Below, piece by piece: positions 16,406-25,711 of a stretch of 64,000 bases of DNA (its first letter is position 1; the number at the start of each line of letters is the position of its first letter). The notes under the pieces are model-generated. The model was given only the letters and a program-made list of their open reading frames with translations, did no database searches and was not told the origin of the DNA. The position numbers and the translations under genes are program-made. This stretch comes from an uncultured Gammaproteobacteria bacterium. Its GTDB lineage: Bacteria > Pseudomonadota > Gammaproteobacteria > Steroidobacterales > Rariloculaceae. The stretch lies in NCBI GenBank assembly GCA_963702105.1, contig OY969712.1, positions 4,232,388-4,296,387 on the forward strand, in the 5' to 3' direction.

Positions 16406-16912
16406 TCAGAGCTTCCGCGAGTCGTAAGCCCAGTGCAGCAGCGCCTGCCGTTGCCGCCGGCGGCAGTCCAGGTCGCCGCGTTCGCAGTGCTTGCGGATCT
16501 GCGCCGCATGACGGCGCACCGCGCGCCAGCGCTTGACCTGGCGCGCATCGTCGTCGCAGCGTCTGCCGAGGTAATAGCGGCAGTACCACTGGAACCAGCC
16601 GCGCGGGTCCTCGTGGTAGATCCAGCCCTTGCGGCGCCACTCCGCGAGCGGTTGCGAGGCATTGACGCCGAAATAGTTGAGTTCCGGGTTGCGTCGTTCC
16701 GGCGAGAGCTTGGCGCCCGCGAACCACTCTCTCGGGAACTCTTCGCGGCAGTCGGTCAAGTACTTGCCGCCGAAGACGCCGAGCTCGAGCATTTCGGAGG
16801 GCGTCAGCTCCGGCGCGAAATAGGGGTCGAAGTCGCTGCCCGGCGCGACCGTGCGAAAGTAGACATAGCCCGACTGCATGCGGTCGTTCACGACGATTCT
16901 TCGAGGCTTCAC
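16406..16912 (-). CDS. conserved-looking hypothetical protein, Trp/Cys-rich (no family recognised)
   Basis: Track ORF 16406..16972. I prefer the GTG at 16912, which overlaps the upstream GNAT stop as GTGA. The alternative is the ATG at 16879. Non-biased sequence: ...GVFGGKYLTDCREEFPREWF...NYFGVNASQPLAEWRRKGWIYHEDPRGWFQWYCRYYLGRRCDDDARQVKRW... Confidence 0.6.
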   Translation of the reverse strand: MKPRRIVVNDRMQSGYVYFRTVAPGSDFDPYFAPELTPSEMLELGVFGGKYLTDCREEFPREWFAGAKLSPERRNPELNYFGVNASQPLAEWRRKGWIYHEDPRGWFQWYCRYYLGRRCDDDARQVKRWRAVRRHAAQIRKHCERGDLDCRRRQRQALLHWAYDSRKL

Positions 16913-17514
16913 GGCGGCCTGCGCTCCAAGGAGATTCGGCGAGACGCCGCTCCTTCGGGGGACGGCAGCCACCAGTCGGTCAGCGTCCAGCCGGCGTTCT
17001 CGAGCCAGGCGGCGCCCGGCGGCGGGCGGCGCGGCCGGCCCTTCGCGAAGCCGAGCCGGGCGAGGAGTCGGGCGATCCTCTCGTTCTGTGTCACGGAGAC
17101 GCAGCGCACCTCGGCGAGGCCGAGCGATCGGAAGCCGAAGTCGAGAAGCAGGCGCGAGGCTTCCGCCGCGAGGCCGCGGCCCCAGCGTTCGGGCGCGAGC
17201 TCGATGCCGAACTCGGCGTAGCCCTGCGGCAGGCGCCCCGCGAACAGCCCGCAGCAGCCGATGAGCCGCGCGGGCTCGCGGTCGGGATCCCCCTCGAGGA
17301 TCGCGAGCTCGTAATTGCGGCGCGGCCGCTCGGCGGCCCAGGCGATGAACCGTTCGAGCAGCCGGGCCGAAGCCCCCGGTGCGCCGGCGTCGGCCGCATA
17401 GAACGCGAGACAGCGCGGGTCGCTGCGGTAGCGGGCGAAAGCGGGGCCATCGGCCGGCACGAAATCCCGAAGGAGGACGCGCGCCCCCGCGAGCTCGAGA
17501 CTATCGCCGCGCAT
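16909..17514 (-). CDS. GNAT-family N-acetyltransferase (RimJ/RimL-like)
   Basis: Only the last 201 codons of track ORF 16909..18654 are credible: MRGDSLELAGARVLLRDFVPADGPAFARY...ELAILEG...GYAEFGIELAPERWGRGLAAEASRLLLDFGF..LGLAEVRCVSVTQNERIARLLARLGF. Confidence 0.8.
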   Translation of the reverse strand: MRGDSLELAGARVLLRDFVPADGPAFARYRSDPRCLAFYAADAGAPGASARLLERFIAWAAERPRRNYELAILEGDPDREPARLIGCCGLFAGRLPQGYAEFGIELAPERWGRGLAAEASRLLLDFGFRSLGLAEVRCVSVTQNERIARLLARLGFAKGRPRRPPPGAAWLENAGWTLTDWWLPSPEGAASRRISLERRPP

Positions 17515-17588
17515 GAGGGCAATCGGTTGCCCGCGGCGTCCCCTTGGCCGCCGCCTCGCCGCCGTCGAACCCGAAAGCGGCGGAGTCT

Positions 17589-18119
17589 TCATGTATTCGG
17601 AGCCGCCCCGGGCGCTGCGCCGAGCAGCCGTTCGTAAACGGCGAGGTCGCCGGCCGAGAAGCAGCAGAACAATACGGTCGCGAGCGAGCTCGCCCGCGCC
17701 GCGAAGTCCCGGACGGCCCGAATCGCGACGGGTGCCGCGAGCTCGATGGGGTAGCCATAGACCCCGGTGCTGATCGAGGGAAAGGCTACCGATGTCACGG
17801 CGTGCTCGGCTGCAAGCTCGAGGGCGCGCCGATAGCAGGCGTAGAGCAGGTCGGGCTCGCCCCGGCGACCGCCGTGCCAGACGGGACCGACCGCGTGGAT
17901 CACGAATCGCGCCTTGAGCCGGAAGCCCGGCGAGATGCGCGCGTCGCCCGGGTCGCACGGCCCCAGGCTCCGGCACGCTTCGAGCAGCGCCGGCCCCGCC
18001 GCCCTGTGAATGGCGCCGTCCACACCTCCGCCGCCGAGCAGGGAAGAGTTCGCGGCGTTGACGATGGCCTCGACGTCGAGCGTCGTGATGTCCGCGCGGA
18101 CCGCCTGCAGGCTCAGCAT
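17589..18119 (-). CDS. macro-domain protein (O-acetyl-ADP-ribose deacetylase / ADP-ribose-binding, YmdB-like)
   Basis: Start at the internal ATG ([42 protein letters not shown]...[12 protein letters not shown]). These are canonical macro-domain motifs. Confidence 0.9.
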   Translation of the reverse strand: MLSLQAVRADITTLDVEAIVNAANSSLLGGGGVDGAIHRAAGPALLEACRSLGPCDPGDARISPGFRLKARFVIHAVGPVWHGGRRGEPDLLYACYRRALELAAEHAVTSVAFPSISTGVYGYPIELAAPVAIRAVRDFAARASSLATVLFCCFSAGDLAVYERLLGAAPGAAPNT

Positions 18120-18661
18120 CTGCGGGCGCTCCGTGCTCGCCACAGCTCCGAACGAAGCGCCCAGCGCTCGTGGTCGCGCCACCGACCCGCAATCTTGAGG
18201 TAGTTCGGCGAGTACCCTTCGAGCTCGAACCCCAAGCTGCGCACGAGTGCGATCGACCGGGCATTGCCGGGCTGGATGTTGGCCTCGAGCCGGTGGAGCC
18301 GGAGCATTCCGAAGGCCCGGCGAATGACGGCCGCGACGCCCGCGCGCATATGGCCCCGTCCGGCAAGCGGCACGAGCGCGTAGTAGCCGAGATAAGCCGA
18401 CCGGAAAGCACCGCGCACGATTTCGCTGACGTTGACGACGCCCGCGAGATCCCCGCTGCCGGTGCAGACGAGGTAGCTGAGCTGCGAGGGCGTGTCGGCG
18501 TGCGCGACGAAGGCTTCGAACTGCTCGCGCGTGGAGGGCGCCCTGACCCAGCGCCCGTGCAAGGCTCGGCTGCGCCGCACCGCGGCCAGAAACGCCTCGG
18601 CGCGCGCGAGCGACGGCCGCTCGAGCCGAACGCCTGCTCTCGACCGCGCGGCAACCGCCAC
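18113..18661 (-). CDS. GNAT-family N-acetyltransferase (RimJ/RimL-like)
   Basis: GTG start. ...[87 protein letters not shown]. Confidence 0.8.
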   Translation of the reverse strand: MAVAARSRAGVRLERPSLARAEAFLAAVRRSRALHGRWVRAPSTREQFEAFVAHADTPSQLSYLVCTGSGDLAGVVNVSEIVRGAFRSAYLGYYALVPLAGRGHMRAGVAAVIRRAFGMLRLHRLEANIQPGNARSIALVRSLGFELEGYSPNYLKIAGRWRDHERWALRSELWRARSARRC

Positions 18662-18786
18662 GGCGCCCTTCAGACCTCGATGAGCATGCTTCGCACGAAG
18701 TGTTGCCCGTACCGGCGCCGCGCCAGCGCGCGACGCTCCGATAGTATCATCCGGAACGACGCGAACGGCGACGGGAGGACGGGCGG

Positions 18787-19707
18787 ATGGCTCAGCGTAT
18801 CGGCTTTATCGGTCTCGGCGTCATGGGCACGCCCATGGCCGGCCACCTCTCGAGGGCGGGCTACGAGCTCGTCGTCTACGACATCGATGCCGAGAAAGTC
18901 CGGCGGCTCGCGGCACACGACCGCGTCGAGGCGGCCGGGAGCCCGCGTGAGGTCGCGGCCCGCAGTGCCGTCGTCATCACCATGCTGCCGTCCGGCGAAT
19001 ACGTACGCGCCGTCGCGCTCGGCACCGACGGCCTCATCGAAGGCTTCGAAGGCGGCGAGCTGCTGCTCGACACCTCGTCCTCCGAGCCCTGGTACACGGC
19101 GGAGACTGCGGCGGCGCTGGCCGAGCGCGGCGTGGACACCGTCGATGCGCCTGTCTCGGGCGCCGAGTGGGGCGCGAAGGCCGCGGAGCTCGTTTTCATG
19201 GTCGGCGGCAAGGCCGAATCCGTTGAGCGTGCACGGCCGCTGCTCGAAGTCATGGGCAAGCGCATCTTTCATCTCGGCCGCCTCGGCGCGGGCCATGCCA
19301 TGAAGTCGATCAACAACACAATCACCGCCATGACCCTGCTCGCGACGTCGGAGGGCCTTGCGCTCGGCACGAAGCTCGGCCTCGATCCGAACGTCATGAC
19401 CGATGTGCTCAACGTCTCGACCGGCATGTCCTGGGTCAGCCAGACGCACATCAAGCAGCGCATCACGAATCGCGCATTCGACGATCCGTTCAAGCTCGAG
19501 CTCATGGTCAAGGACGTCCGCATTGCGCTCGAGCTCGCGGCGCAACAGTCCGTGCCGCTGCCGTTCAGCGCGCTGGGGCGCGAGCTCTGGCAATCGGCAT
19601 CGGACGCGGCCGGGGCCGGCGCGAGCGTCAGCGACCTCGTGCGCGCCGTCGAGGCGCGGACCGGTGTCGAGATCCGGCCTGCCCCCGAACCCGAAGCTGC
19701 GCCTTAG
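18787..19707 (+). CDS. NAD(P)-dependent oxidoreductase, 3-hydroxyisobutyrate/6-phosphogluconate dehydrogenase-like
   Basis: N-terminal Rossmann motif IGFIGLGVMGTPMAGHL. Family-typical length (306 aa). Confidence 0.85.
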   Translation: MAQRIGFIGLGVMGTPMAGHLSRAGYELVVYDIDAEKVRRLAAHDRVEAAGSPREVAARSAVVITMLPSGEYVRAVALGTDGLIEGFEGGELLLDTSSSEPWYTAETAAALAERGVDTVDAPVSGAEWGAKAAELVFMVGGKAESVERARPLLEVMGKRIFHLGRLGAGHAMKSINNTITAMTLLATSEGLALGTKLGLDPNVMTDVLNVSTGMSWVSQTHIKQRITNRAFDDPFKLELMVKDVRIALELAAQQSVPLPFSALGRELWQSASDAAGAGASVSDLVRAVEARTGVEIRPAPEPEAAP

Positions 19708-19720
19708 CCGGCCTTGCGGC

Positions 19721-20746
19721 TCAGCCGACCTTCTCGACGCGGTGCGAGCCCGCGCTCTTCACGACGGCCTCGGTCACGGCCGCGCCGTGCACCATTTCCT
19801 CGAGCGGGATCGGGAACGGCTCGACACCCTGTGCGGCCAGCGCGAACGACTCGAGCGCGGCGCGCGTCACGTCGCACTTCTCCGCCTGCCACGTCTCGGC
19901 CGGCCCTTGTATCGGCTTGAAGGTGCAGGTGCCGAACAGCCGGGTGCGCCGCTCCTCTGACGACGCGCCCGCGACGTGCGTCATGCCTTCGAGCCGCACG
20001 TAGCCCTTCGAGCCGTAGACCTGGAAGCTGAAGCCGCCGCCCGTCGCCGTCATCGTGGCGAGATAGCCGGACATGCCTTCCTTCATGCGGAACAGGATCG
20101 AAGTCGTGTCGTCGGCGTCTATCGTGACGACGCGCCGGAAGCTCTGGCAGTAGACCTCGTCGATGGGGCCGCAAAGATCGATCATGCCGTCGATCGCGTG
20201 CACGCCCATCGGCGTCAGGCCGCCGCAAGGGGTCTCCTCCTTATCCGCGCGCCACTGCTCGGCCTTGAGGAACAGCGCGTTCGGAAACGTCATCGTGGCC
20301 TCGACGTGCAGGACCACGCCGAGGTCGCCGGACTCGATGCGCTCGCGCAGCTTCGTCATCTCCGGATGCCAGCGGCGGTTGTAGCCGAGACCCAAGGTCA
20401 CGCCGGCACGGCGGACGGCTTCGGCGGCTTCCTCGGCGCCGGCCTTCGTGAGCGCGAGGGGCTTCTCGCAGAACACGTGCTTGCCGTGCTCGGCCGCGGC
20501 GACGACCTGCTCCACGTGCTTCGAGTGCGGCGTCGCGAGCACGACCGCGTCGATATTCGGGTCCGCGAGCAGGCTCTCGTAGCTGTCGTGCAGCGTGAGC
20601 TCCTGCTCGGCGGCGAACGCCTTCGAGCCCTCGCTGGCCGTACGCGTCGCGCCTGCGACGAACCGGATCTTGTCGCTCTGGCCGGCCACGGCCTCCACGA
20701 GCGTCTTGCCCCACCAGCCGAGTCCGACGATTCCTGCGTTGATCAC
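19721..20746 (-). CDS. Gfo/Idh/MocA-family oxidoreductase
   Basis: MINAGIVGLGWWGKT...ATPHSKHVEQVVAAAEHGKHVFCEKPLA. Confidence 0.85.
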   Translation of the reverse strand: MINAGIVGLGWWGKTLVEAVAGQSDKIRFVAGATRTASEGSKAFAAEQELTLHDSYESLLADPNIDAVVLATPHSKHVEQVVAAAEHGKHVFCEKPLALTKAGAEEAAEAVRRAGVTLGLGYNRRWHPEMTKLRERIESGDLGVVLHVEATMTFPNALFLKAEQWRADKEETPCGGLTPMGVHAIDGMIDLCGPIDEVYCQSFRRVVTIDADDTTSILFRMKEGMSGYLATMTATGGGFSFQVYGSKGYVRLEGMTHVAGASSEERRTRLFGTCTFKPIQGPAETWQAEKCDVTRAALESFALAAQGVEPFPIPLEEMVHGAAVTEAVVKSAGSHRVEKVG

Positions 20747-20770
20747 GTCGCAATCCTCCCGTTCAGTCTT

Positions 20771-21646
20771 TTACTCGAGCCCGCTGGCCCGCGCCTGGTC
20801 GCGCGCCATGACGGCCCAGTCGAGATCGCTCTCGCCGTGCGCGACGGCGCCGAGCAGGCGGTCGCGATAGACGTTGCAGCTCGGCAGCGGCACGCCCGCG
20901 GCCTGGCCCGCGGCGAGCGCGAGCGTCGCATCCTTGAGCCCGAGCGAGGTCGTGAAGCCGACCTGATCGTAAGCCTGCCGGGCGATGATGCCGCCGTAGA
21001 CCTTGTACGCCGGGGCAGCGAACAGGCCGTCCGTCAGCACCTCGTTGAAGACGCCCGGGTCCACCCCGAACTTGCGCGTCAATGCAAAACCCTCGCCCAT
21101 GGCCTCGATGGCGCAGCCTAGCACCATGTTGTTCGCGAGCTTCACGGCCGCTGCGCCCGCCGGATTCGTGCCCGCGTTGAACGTGCGGCGGCCGACGACA
21201 TCGAAGAGCGGCTGGAGCTTCGCGATCGCGTCCGGCGGACCCGCGGGCACGATGCCGAGCTGGCCCGCGGCCGCGGCGTCGGGCCGGCCGAGCACGGGCG
21301 TCGCGACGAGCACCTGGCCGGCCTCGGCGTGGATCTTGTCGAGTTCACTAAGCGCGGCCACGCTGTGCGTGCCCATGGGCACGTGGATCGCGCCCTTGGC
21401 GAGCGCGTCCCGCAGGCCGCCGTGCACGACCTCGAACAGCGCCTTGTCGTCGGTCAGCATCGTGAACACCGCCTCGCGGCCGGCGCAGGCCTCGGCGACC
21501 GAGCCCGCGACCTTGGCCCCGCGCTTTTCGAGCTCCGCGGCCTTCTCGCGCGTGCGGTTGTAGACGACGAGGTCGTGGCCTGCGTCGAGCAGGCGCCCCG
21601 AGATGGCCTGGCCCATGCGGCCGAGGCCGATGAATCCTATTTTCAT
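20771..21646 (-). CDS. NAD(P)-dependent oxidoreductase, HIBADH-like
   Basis: MKIGFIGLGRMGQAISGRLL... 291 aa. Confidence 0.85.
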   Translation of the reverse strand: MKIGFIGLGRMGQAISGRLLDAGHDLVVYNRTREKAAELEKRGAKVAGSVAEACAGREAVFTMLTDDKALFEVVHGGLRDALAKGAIHVPMGTHSVAALSELDKIHAEAGQVLVATPVLGRPDAAAAGQLGIVPAGPPDAIAKLQPLFDVVGRRTFNAGTNPAGAAAVKLANNMVLGCAIEAMGEGFALTRKFGVDPGVFNEVLTDGLFAAPAYKVYGGIIARQAYDQVGFTTSLGLKDATLALAAGQAAGVPLPSCNVYRDRLLGAVAHGESDLDWAVMARDQARASGLE

Positions 21647-21728
21647 TCTTCCGCTCCCTGATTCGTTGCAGTGCCCGCGCCGCAGCGGCCCGGCCCGCGT
21701 CCCGGCGCGGGCCGCAAGCGCGGCCCGC

Positions 21729-22931
21729 TCAGCCGCCGAGCAGCTGGTCGCGCACCCACTCGAGCTCGCGCGTCACGTAGTCGACGATGTCGCCGGTCTT
21801 GAGGTGGTCCGGCAGCACGTCCCACGTATACGTCTCGATTTCGAGCTGCGGCGAGAGCTTGTTCTCCCGATGGAATTTGAGCGCGTCCTCGATCGCGAAG
21901 CGCGTGGTCTTGAACGCGCCGAGATCGTCGAGGAAGACCGGCACGTGAAAGTGCGTGCGCCATTCGCGCGGGCCCTTATCCCGCTCCCAGGCCTCGAACG
22001 CGTCCTCGAGATTCAGGAACCGCGTGAGCTGCCCGTTGCGCCGCTCGACGGTCTGCGTGAGATACACCGTATCCGCGAACTCGCGCATGGCGTCCACCGT
22101 CTCCTGGGTGACGCTCGGCACGCGCACGGCCGCGGCCTCCTGCAGCTTGAAGACCGGGATGCCGTTGTCGGCCAGCGCGCGCAGCGAGGCGCCGACGTCC
22201 TCGAACTCGACGGCCTGATGGCAGATGTCGTAGACCATGCCGAGGTGATCGCGCAGCGCGTCGTGGGCAGCCGCGCGCGAGAGCCCGGTCTGCTCGGCCA
22301 ACGAGGCCGCCGCGCTGTCGGCATAGAGATGGTTGTTGAAGTAGTCGATGGCCTCCTCGGTCGTCTCGAGGAAGCAGTACGGCTCGGGCTCGAGCGCGAG
22401 GCGCACCTTGCGGCCCGTGCGCTGCTCCAGCTTCACGAGGTGGGCCACGGTGCGCAGGACCTGGCGCGTGTAGGCCGCGACCACGTCGGGGCCCGTCACG
22501 CGCGGCTTGAAGCCCAGAGGCGGGCTCTGGATCGTCGGGTCCACGCTCGCGGGGGCGACCTCGGCCAGGATGTCCGCGACCTGCATCGTGTAGACGGCGC
22601 GTTCGTCGCTGCGCCAGTCGGGCTCGTACACCTGCTCCTTGACGAGCGTGTTCTTGAACGGGCCGTACGGGAACGCGTTGACCGTATAGAGATACATATC
22701 GTGCTCGTCCAAGAAGGACTTGAGCTTCCGGCGCTCGTTCGCGTCGGCCGTCAGCGCCTTGGCGGAAGCGGCGGAGATGCGCAGGGAGACGCCGAACGGA
22801 TCGTTCGGGCATACGCGTTCCTTCACCTTGGGCACGTAGCGATTGAGGCTGTCCCAGATCTCGGGCCAGGTGTCGCCCGGATGCACGAGTGTCGAGTAAG
22901 TCAAGTGACCTAAGCCGCGGCCCAAATCCAT
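21729..22931 (-). CDS. xylose-isomerase-like TIM-barrel protein (sugar-phosphate isomerase/epimerase family; possibly EboE-like)
   Basis: 400 aa. N-terminus LTYSTLVHPGDTWPEIW..PFGVSLRISAASA resembles, from memory, the ~400-aa EboE-type TIM-barrel proteins. No other ebo genes are adjacent. Confidence 0.6.
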   Translation of the reverse strand: MDLGRGLGHLTYSTLVHPGDTWPEIWDSLNRYVPKVKERVCPNDPFGVSLRISAASAKALTADANERRKLKSFLDEHDMYLYTVNAFPYGPFKNTLVKEQVYEPDWRSDERAVYTMQVADILAEVAPASVDPTIQSPPLGFKPRVTGPDVVAAYTRQVLRTVAHLVKLEQRTGRKVRLALEPEPYCFLETTEEAIDYFNNHLYADSAAASLAEQTGLSRAAAHDALRDHLGMVYDICHQAVEFEDVGASLRALADNGIPVFKLQEAAAVRVPSVTQETVDAMREFADTVYLTQTVERRNGQLTRFLNLEDAFEAWERDKGPREWRTHFHVPVFLDDLGAFKTTRFAIEDALKFHRENKLSPQLEIETYTWDVLPDHLKTGDIVDYVTRELEWVRDQLLGG

Positions 22932-23098
22932 GTCGATCTCCTAGTATTGAGCGCCCTTCGAACGCACTCGGCGATGCTCGTTGCGGGGGGCGTCTCCGCG
23001 CCGGCGAACCGGCAGCGCCGGCCAGGCCGGGTTGTGGGTGAGCGCTTTCTACAATATCGTATCCGACTCTGCAATCAAATTTCCGGAGTAGAACAATA

Positions 23099-24277
23099 AT
23101 GTTGCGCGCCACCGCCGACATCATCCTGCCGACGACCGTGACGGGCTCGCTGCCGAGGCCGAGCTGGTATACGGACAACATGGGGCAACGGACTTTCCTT
23201 CAGGCCATGGTCGAGACGCGTTTCCGCGAGCAGTACGACGACGCCCTCTCGGTGTACCTGACCCAGCAGTCCGTCGCGGGGCTGGACATCTTCACCGACG
23301 GCGACGCCCGCTTCAACGCCGACATCGGCGGCCAGAGCTGGACCAGCTACCCGGCCTACCACATGGCCGGCTTCGACCGCGACCCCAAGGCCGCCCCCGT
23401 CGGCGGCGGCGGCATCGCCTTCCCGCGCGGCCACATCCTGCACGACTACATCGAGGCCAGGATCATGCCGAGCATCGTCGGCCCCGTCGGGCGCGGCAAC
23501 ATGCAGTATGCGGCCATGTGGAAAGCCGCCCAACGCCTCTCTCACAAGCCCGTGAAGTTCGGCACCGTCACCCCCGAGCTCGTCGCCTTCGCCGTCCAGG
23601 ACCGCTACTACAAGGACGTGCGCGAGCGCATCTGGGCCATCAGCGAGGCGTTCAACGAGGAGCTGCACGAGCTCGCCGACGCCGGCTGCCCCGTGATCCA
23701 GATGGAGGAGCCGCAGGTGCACCTGTTGGCCGCGCGCGGCATCGTGGACGAGAAGATCAACCCCGAGTTCATGCTCGAGGTGTTCAACAACACCGTGCGG
23801 GGCCTGCGCGCGAAGACCGAGGTCTGGTGCCACACGTGCTGGGGCAATCCTTCCCAGCAGAGGATGTTCGCCGAGGTCCAGACCTACAAGCCCGCGCTCG
23901 AGATCCTGAACCGCGTGGACGCGGACGTGATCACGTTCGAGTCGGTGAGCTCCGGCGGCATGGACCTTGCGGCCATCGGCGAGCACATCACGGACATGAA
24001 GGTCGCGATCGGCGTCATCGACCACCACTCGCTGCAGATCGAGCGCAAGGAGGAGGTCGCCGGCCACATCCGCCGGGCGCTCGAGAGCATCCCGGCCGAG
24101 CGGCTCGTCGTCTCCTCGGACTGCGGCATGGGCCGGGAGGGCATGAGCCGGCGCCACGCGTTCTACAAGATGGGCGCGCTCGTGCAGGGCACGAACATCG
24201 TGCGCAAGGAGCTCGGCGTCCCCGAGGCCGAGTGCCTGCTGGCCGACTCGCGCTACTCGCTGGTCCCAGGCGCGTAA
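23099..24277 (+). CDS. cobalamin-independent methionine synthase (MetE C-terminal domain)-like protein
   Basis: LPTTVTGSLPRPSWY..., CPVIQMEEP, HTCWGN, SSDCGM. This is the MetE/UROD-fold zinc-site pattern (H-x-C ... C). Confidence 0.8.
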   Translation: MLRATADIILPTTVTGSLPRPSWYTDNMGQRTFLQAMVETRFREQYDDALSVYLTQQSVAGLDIFTDGDARFNADIGGQSWTSYPAYHMAGFDRDPKAAPVGGGGIAFPRGHILHDYIEARIMPSIVGPVGRGNMQYAAMWKAAQRLSHKPVKFGTVTPELVAFAVQDRYYKDVRERIWAISEAFNEELHELADAGCPVIQMEEPQVHLLAARGIVDEKINPEFMLEVFNNTVRGLRAKTEVWCHTCWGNPSQQRMFAEVQTYKPALEILNRVDADVITFESVSSGGMDLAAIGEHITDMKVAIGVIDHHSLQIERKEEVAGHIRRALESIPAERLVVSSDCGMGREGMSRRHAFYKMGALVQGTNIVRKELGVPEAECLLADSRYSLVPGA

Positions 24278-24474
24278 AATCCGTCGCGCTACCGGTCGGC
24301 CGCAGGCTTCATGAACGGTTTGGGCGACGGTGGCGAGGAGGAGGCTCCTCGCGGTTCGCTGACCGACGCACGCTGATCCGCACGGTGGCGTCCGGTCCGC
24401 GCTCTTCACCATCCGGGTGCGATGACCGCGGATCGGGCCGTCTTCGAAGACCGCGACAGCTGCAGAACGTCTGC

Positions 24475-24596
24475 GGGCGGAGGCGTCGGCGGAAGGGCGG
24501 TGTCGGGATCGTAAGCGCCAGGGATGGCGCTTACGAAGCGTACACGGACGTATTCACAGCGGTCCCGACACCGCCCTTCCGCCGACGCCTCCGCCC
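24475..24596. repeat. REP-like palindromic element, core copy 3
   Basis: Arms GGGCGGAGGCGTCGGCGGAAGGGCGGTGTCGGGA / TCCCGACACCGCCCTTCCGCCGACGCCTCCGCCC. Core GCGCCAGGGATGGCGC. A lone TTCATGAACGG box lies at ~24309-24322. Confidence 0.8.
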
Positions 24597-24645
24597 ACCA
24601 CCACCTATGCGTCCGAAGCGGTCTTAAGCCGGCCGGCAGCCCGCG

Positions 24646-25635
24646 TCAGATGCGGATCACCAGCTTCCCGAAGTGCTTCGCTTCCTTCATGTAAGGAAAC
24701 GCCTCCGGCGCCTCGTCGAAGTCGAACACGCGGTCGATGACCGGCTTGATGCCGTTGACCTCGATGGCCCGGTTCAGCCCCTCGAACAAGTGCCGGCCGC
24801 CGACGAAAATGCCCCTCAGCGTCGCGCCCTTGAACATCAGGGGGTGGGGGCTGAGGTCGCCCTCGGGGCGCGTAATGACGCCGATCAGGGCGATCTCGCC
24901 GCCGAAGCCGACGGCTTGATACGAGTGCGGCAGCGTACCCGGTCCGCCGAGCTCGACGACCTTGTCGGCGCCGCGGCCGCCCGTGAGCGCGAGCGCCTGC
25001 TTCTCCCAGTCCGGGTACTGCTTGTAGTTGATCGTCTCATCGGCTCCGAGCGCCTTCGCGCGTTCGAGCTTCTCGTCGCTCGAGGACGTGATGATGACGC
25101 GCGCGCCGGCCGCCTTGGCGAGCTGCAGGGCCAGGATCGAGACGCCGCCCGTGCCGAGGGTCAGCACCGTCTCTCCGGGCCGCAGCACGCGGCCCTCCGT
25201 CAGGGCGTTCCAGGCCGTGACGCCGGCGCACGGCAGCGCAGCGGCCTCCTCGAACGAGAGGTGCCCCGGGATGGGCAGCAGCCCGTCGGCCGCGAACACG
25301 GCGTACTCGGTCAGCGTGCCGTCGAGCGGCGAGCCGAGCGGCGCAGGGGGATGCCCTTGAGTGAAGGTCGCCACGACGCGGTCCCCGGGCTTGAACGCCG
25401 TCACTCCCTCACCGACGGCCTCGACCTCGCCCGCACCGTCGGAGAGCGGGATCGTGTCGCGCGTCAGCGGGCCCGCGAAGTACTTGCCGCGGATGATCGC
25501 GATGTCGCGGTAATTCAGCGACGCGGCGCGCATGCGGACGAGCACCTGTCCCGGACCCGCGGAAGGCTCCGGTCTTTCGACCCGCTGCAACCCGTCGAAA
25601 CCCGCGCTGCCCTTCCGAATCTCGTATGCCTTCAT
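24646..25635 (-). CDS. zinc-type alcohol dehydrogenase-like / quinone oxidoreductase (MDR family)
   Basis: MKAYEIRK...VLVRMRAASLNYRD...GETVLTLGTGGVSILALQLAKAAGARVI. Confidence 0.85.
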   Translation of the reverse strand: MKAYEIRKGSAGFDGLQRVERPEPSAGPGQVLVRMRAASLNYRDIAIIRGKYFAGPLTRDTIPLSDGAGEVEAVGEGVTAFKPGDRVVATFTQGHPPAPLGSPLDGTLTEYAVFAADGLLPIPGHLSFEEAAALPCAGVTAWNALTEGRVLRPGETVLTLGTGGVSILALQLAKAAGARVIITSSSDEKLERAKALGADETINYKQYPDWEKQALALTGGRGADKVVELGGPGTLPHSYQAVGFGGEIALIGVITRPEGDLSPHPLMFKGATLRGIFVGGRHLFEGLNRAIEVNGIKPVIDRVFDFDEAPEAFPYMKEAKHFGKLVIRI

Positions 25636-25711
25636 GACGCCGCCCCTGCCGAAATCGATCAGGAACTTTAACGGGAAGGGCGTCCTCGCGACAAATCCCC
25701 GCGCCTTCGCT

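Noticed and set aside
15902-17221. Proline-rich repeat proteins (ORFs 15902..17221, 16120..16536, 16173..16427) with PPTPPTCQRRDPRPPHRRVSAETPAHPTDVSAPR units
   Set aside because: The 35-aa peptide period is the 35-bp DNA repeat read through all three frames (105 nt). There is no RBS, and the ORFs overlap the REP element and the real minus-strand genes.
16909-18654. 581-aa minus-strand ORF covering the GNAT-macro region
   Set aside because: Only its C-terminal 201 codons encode a GNAT domain. The rest reads the macro and GNAT genes out of frame (R/P/S/A-rich).
23050-23061. Near-palindrome TACAATATCGTA as an operator
   Set aside because: Only 10 of 12 positions are symmetric, it is a single occurrence, and no adjacent regulator gene exists. 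It is mentioned only as context.
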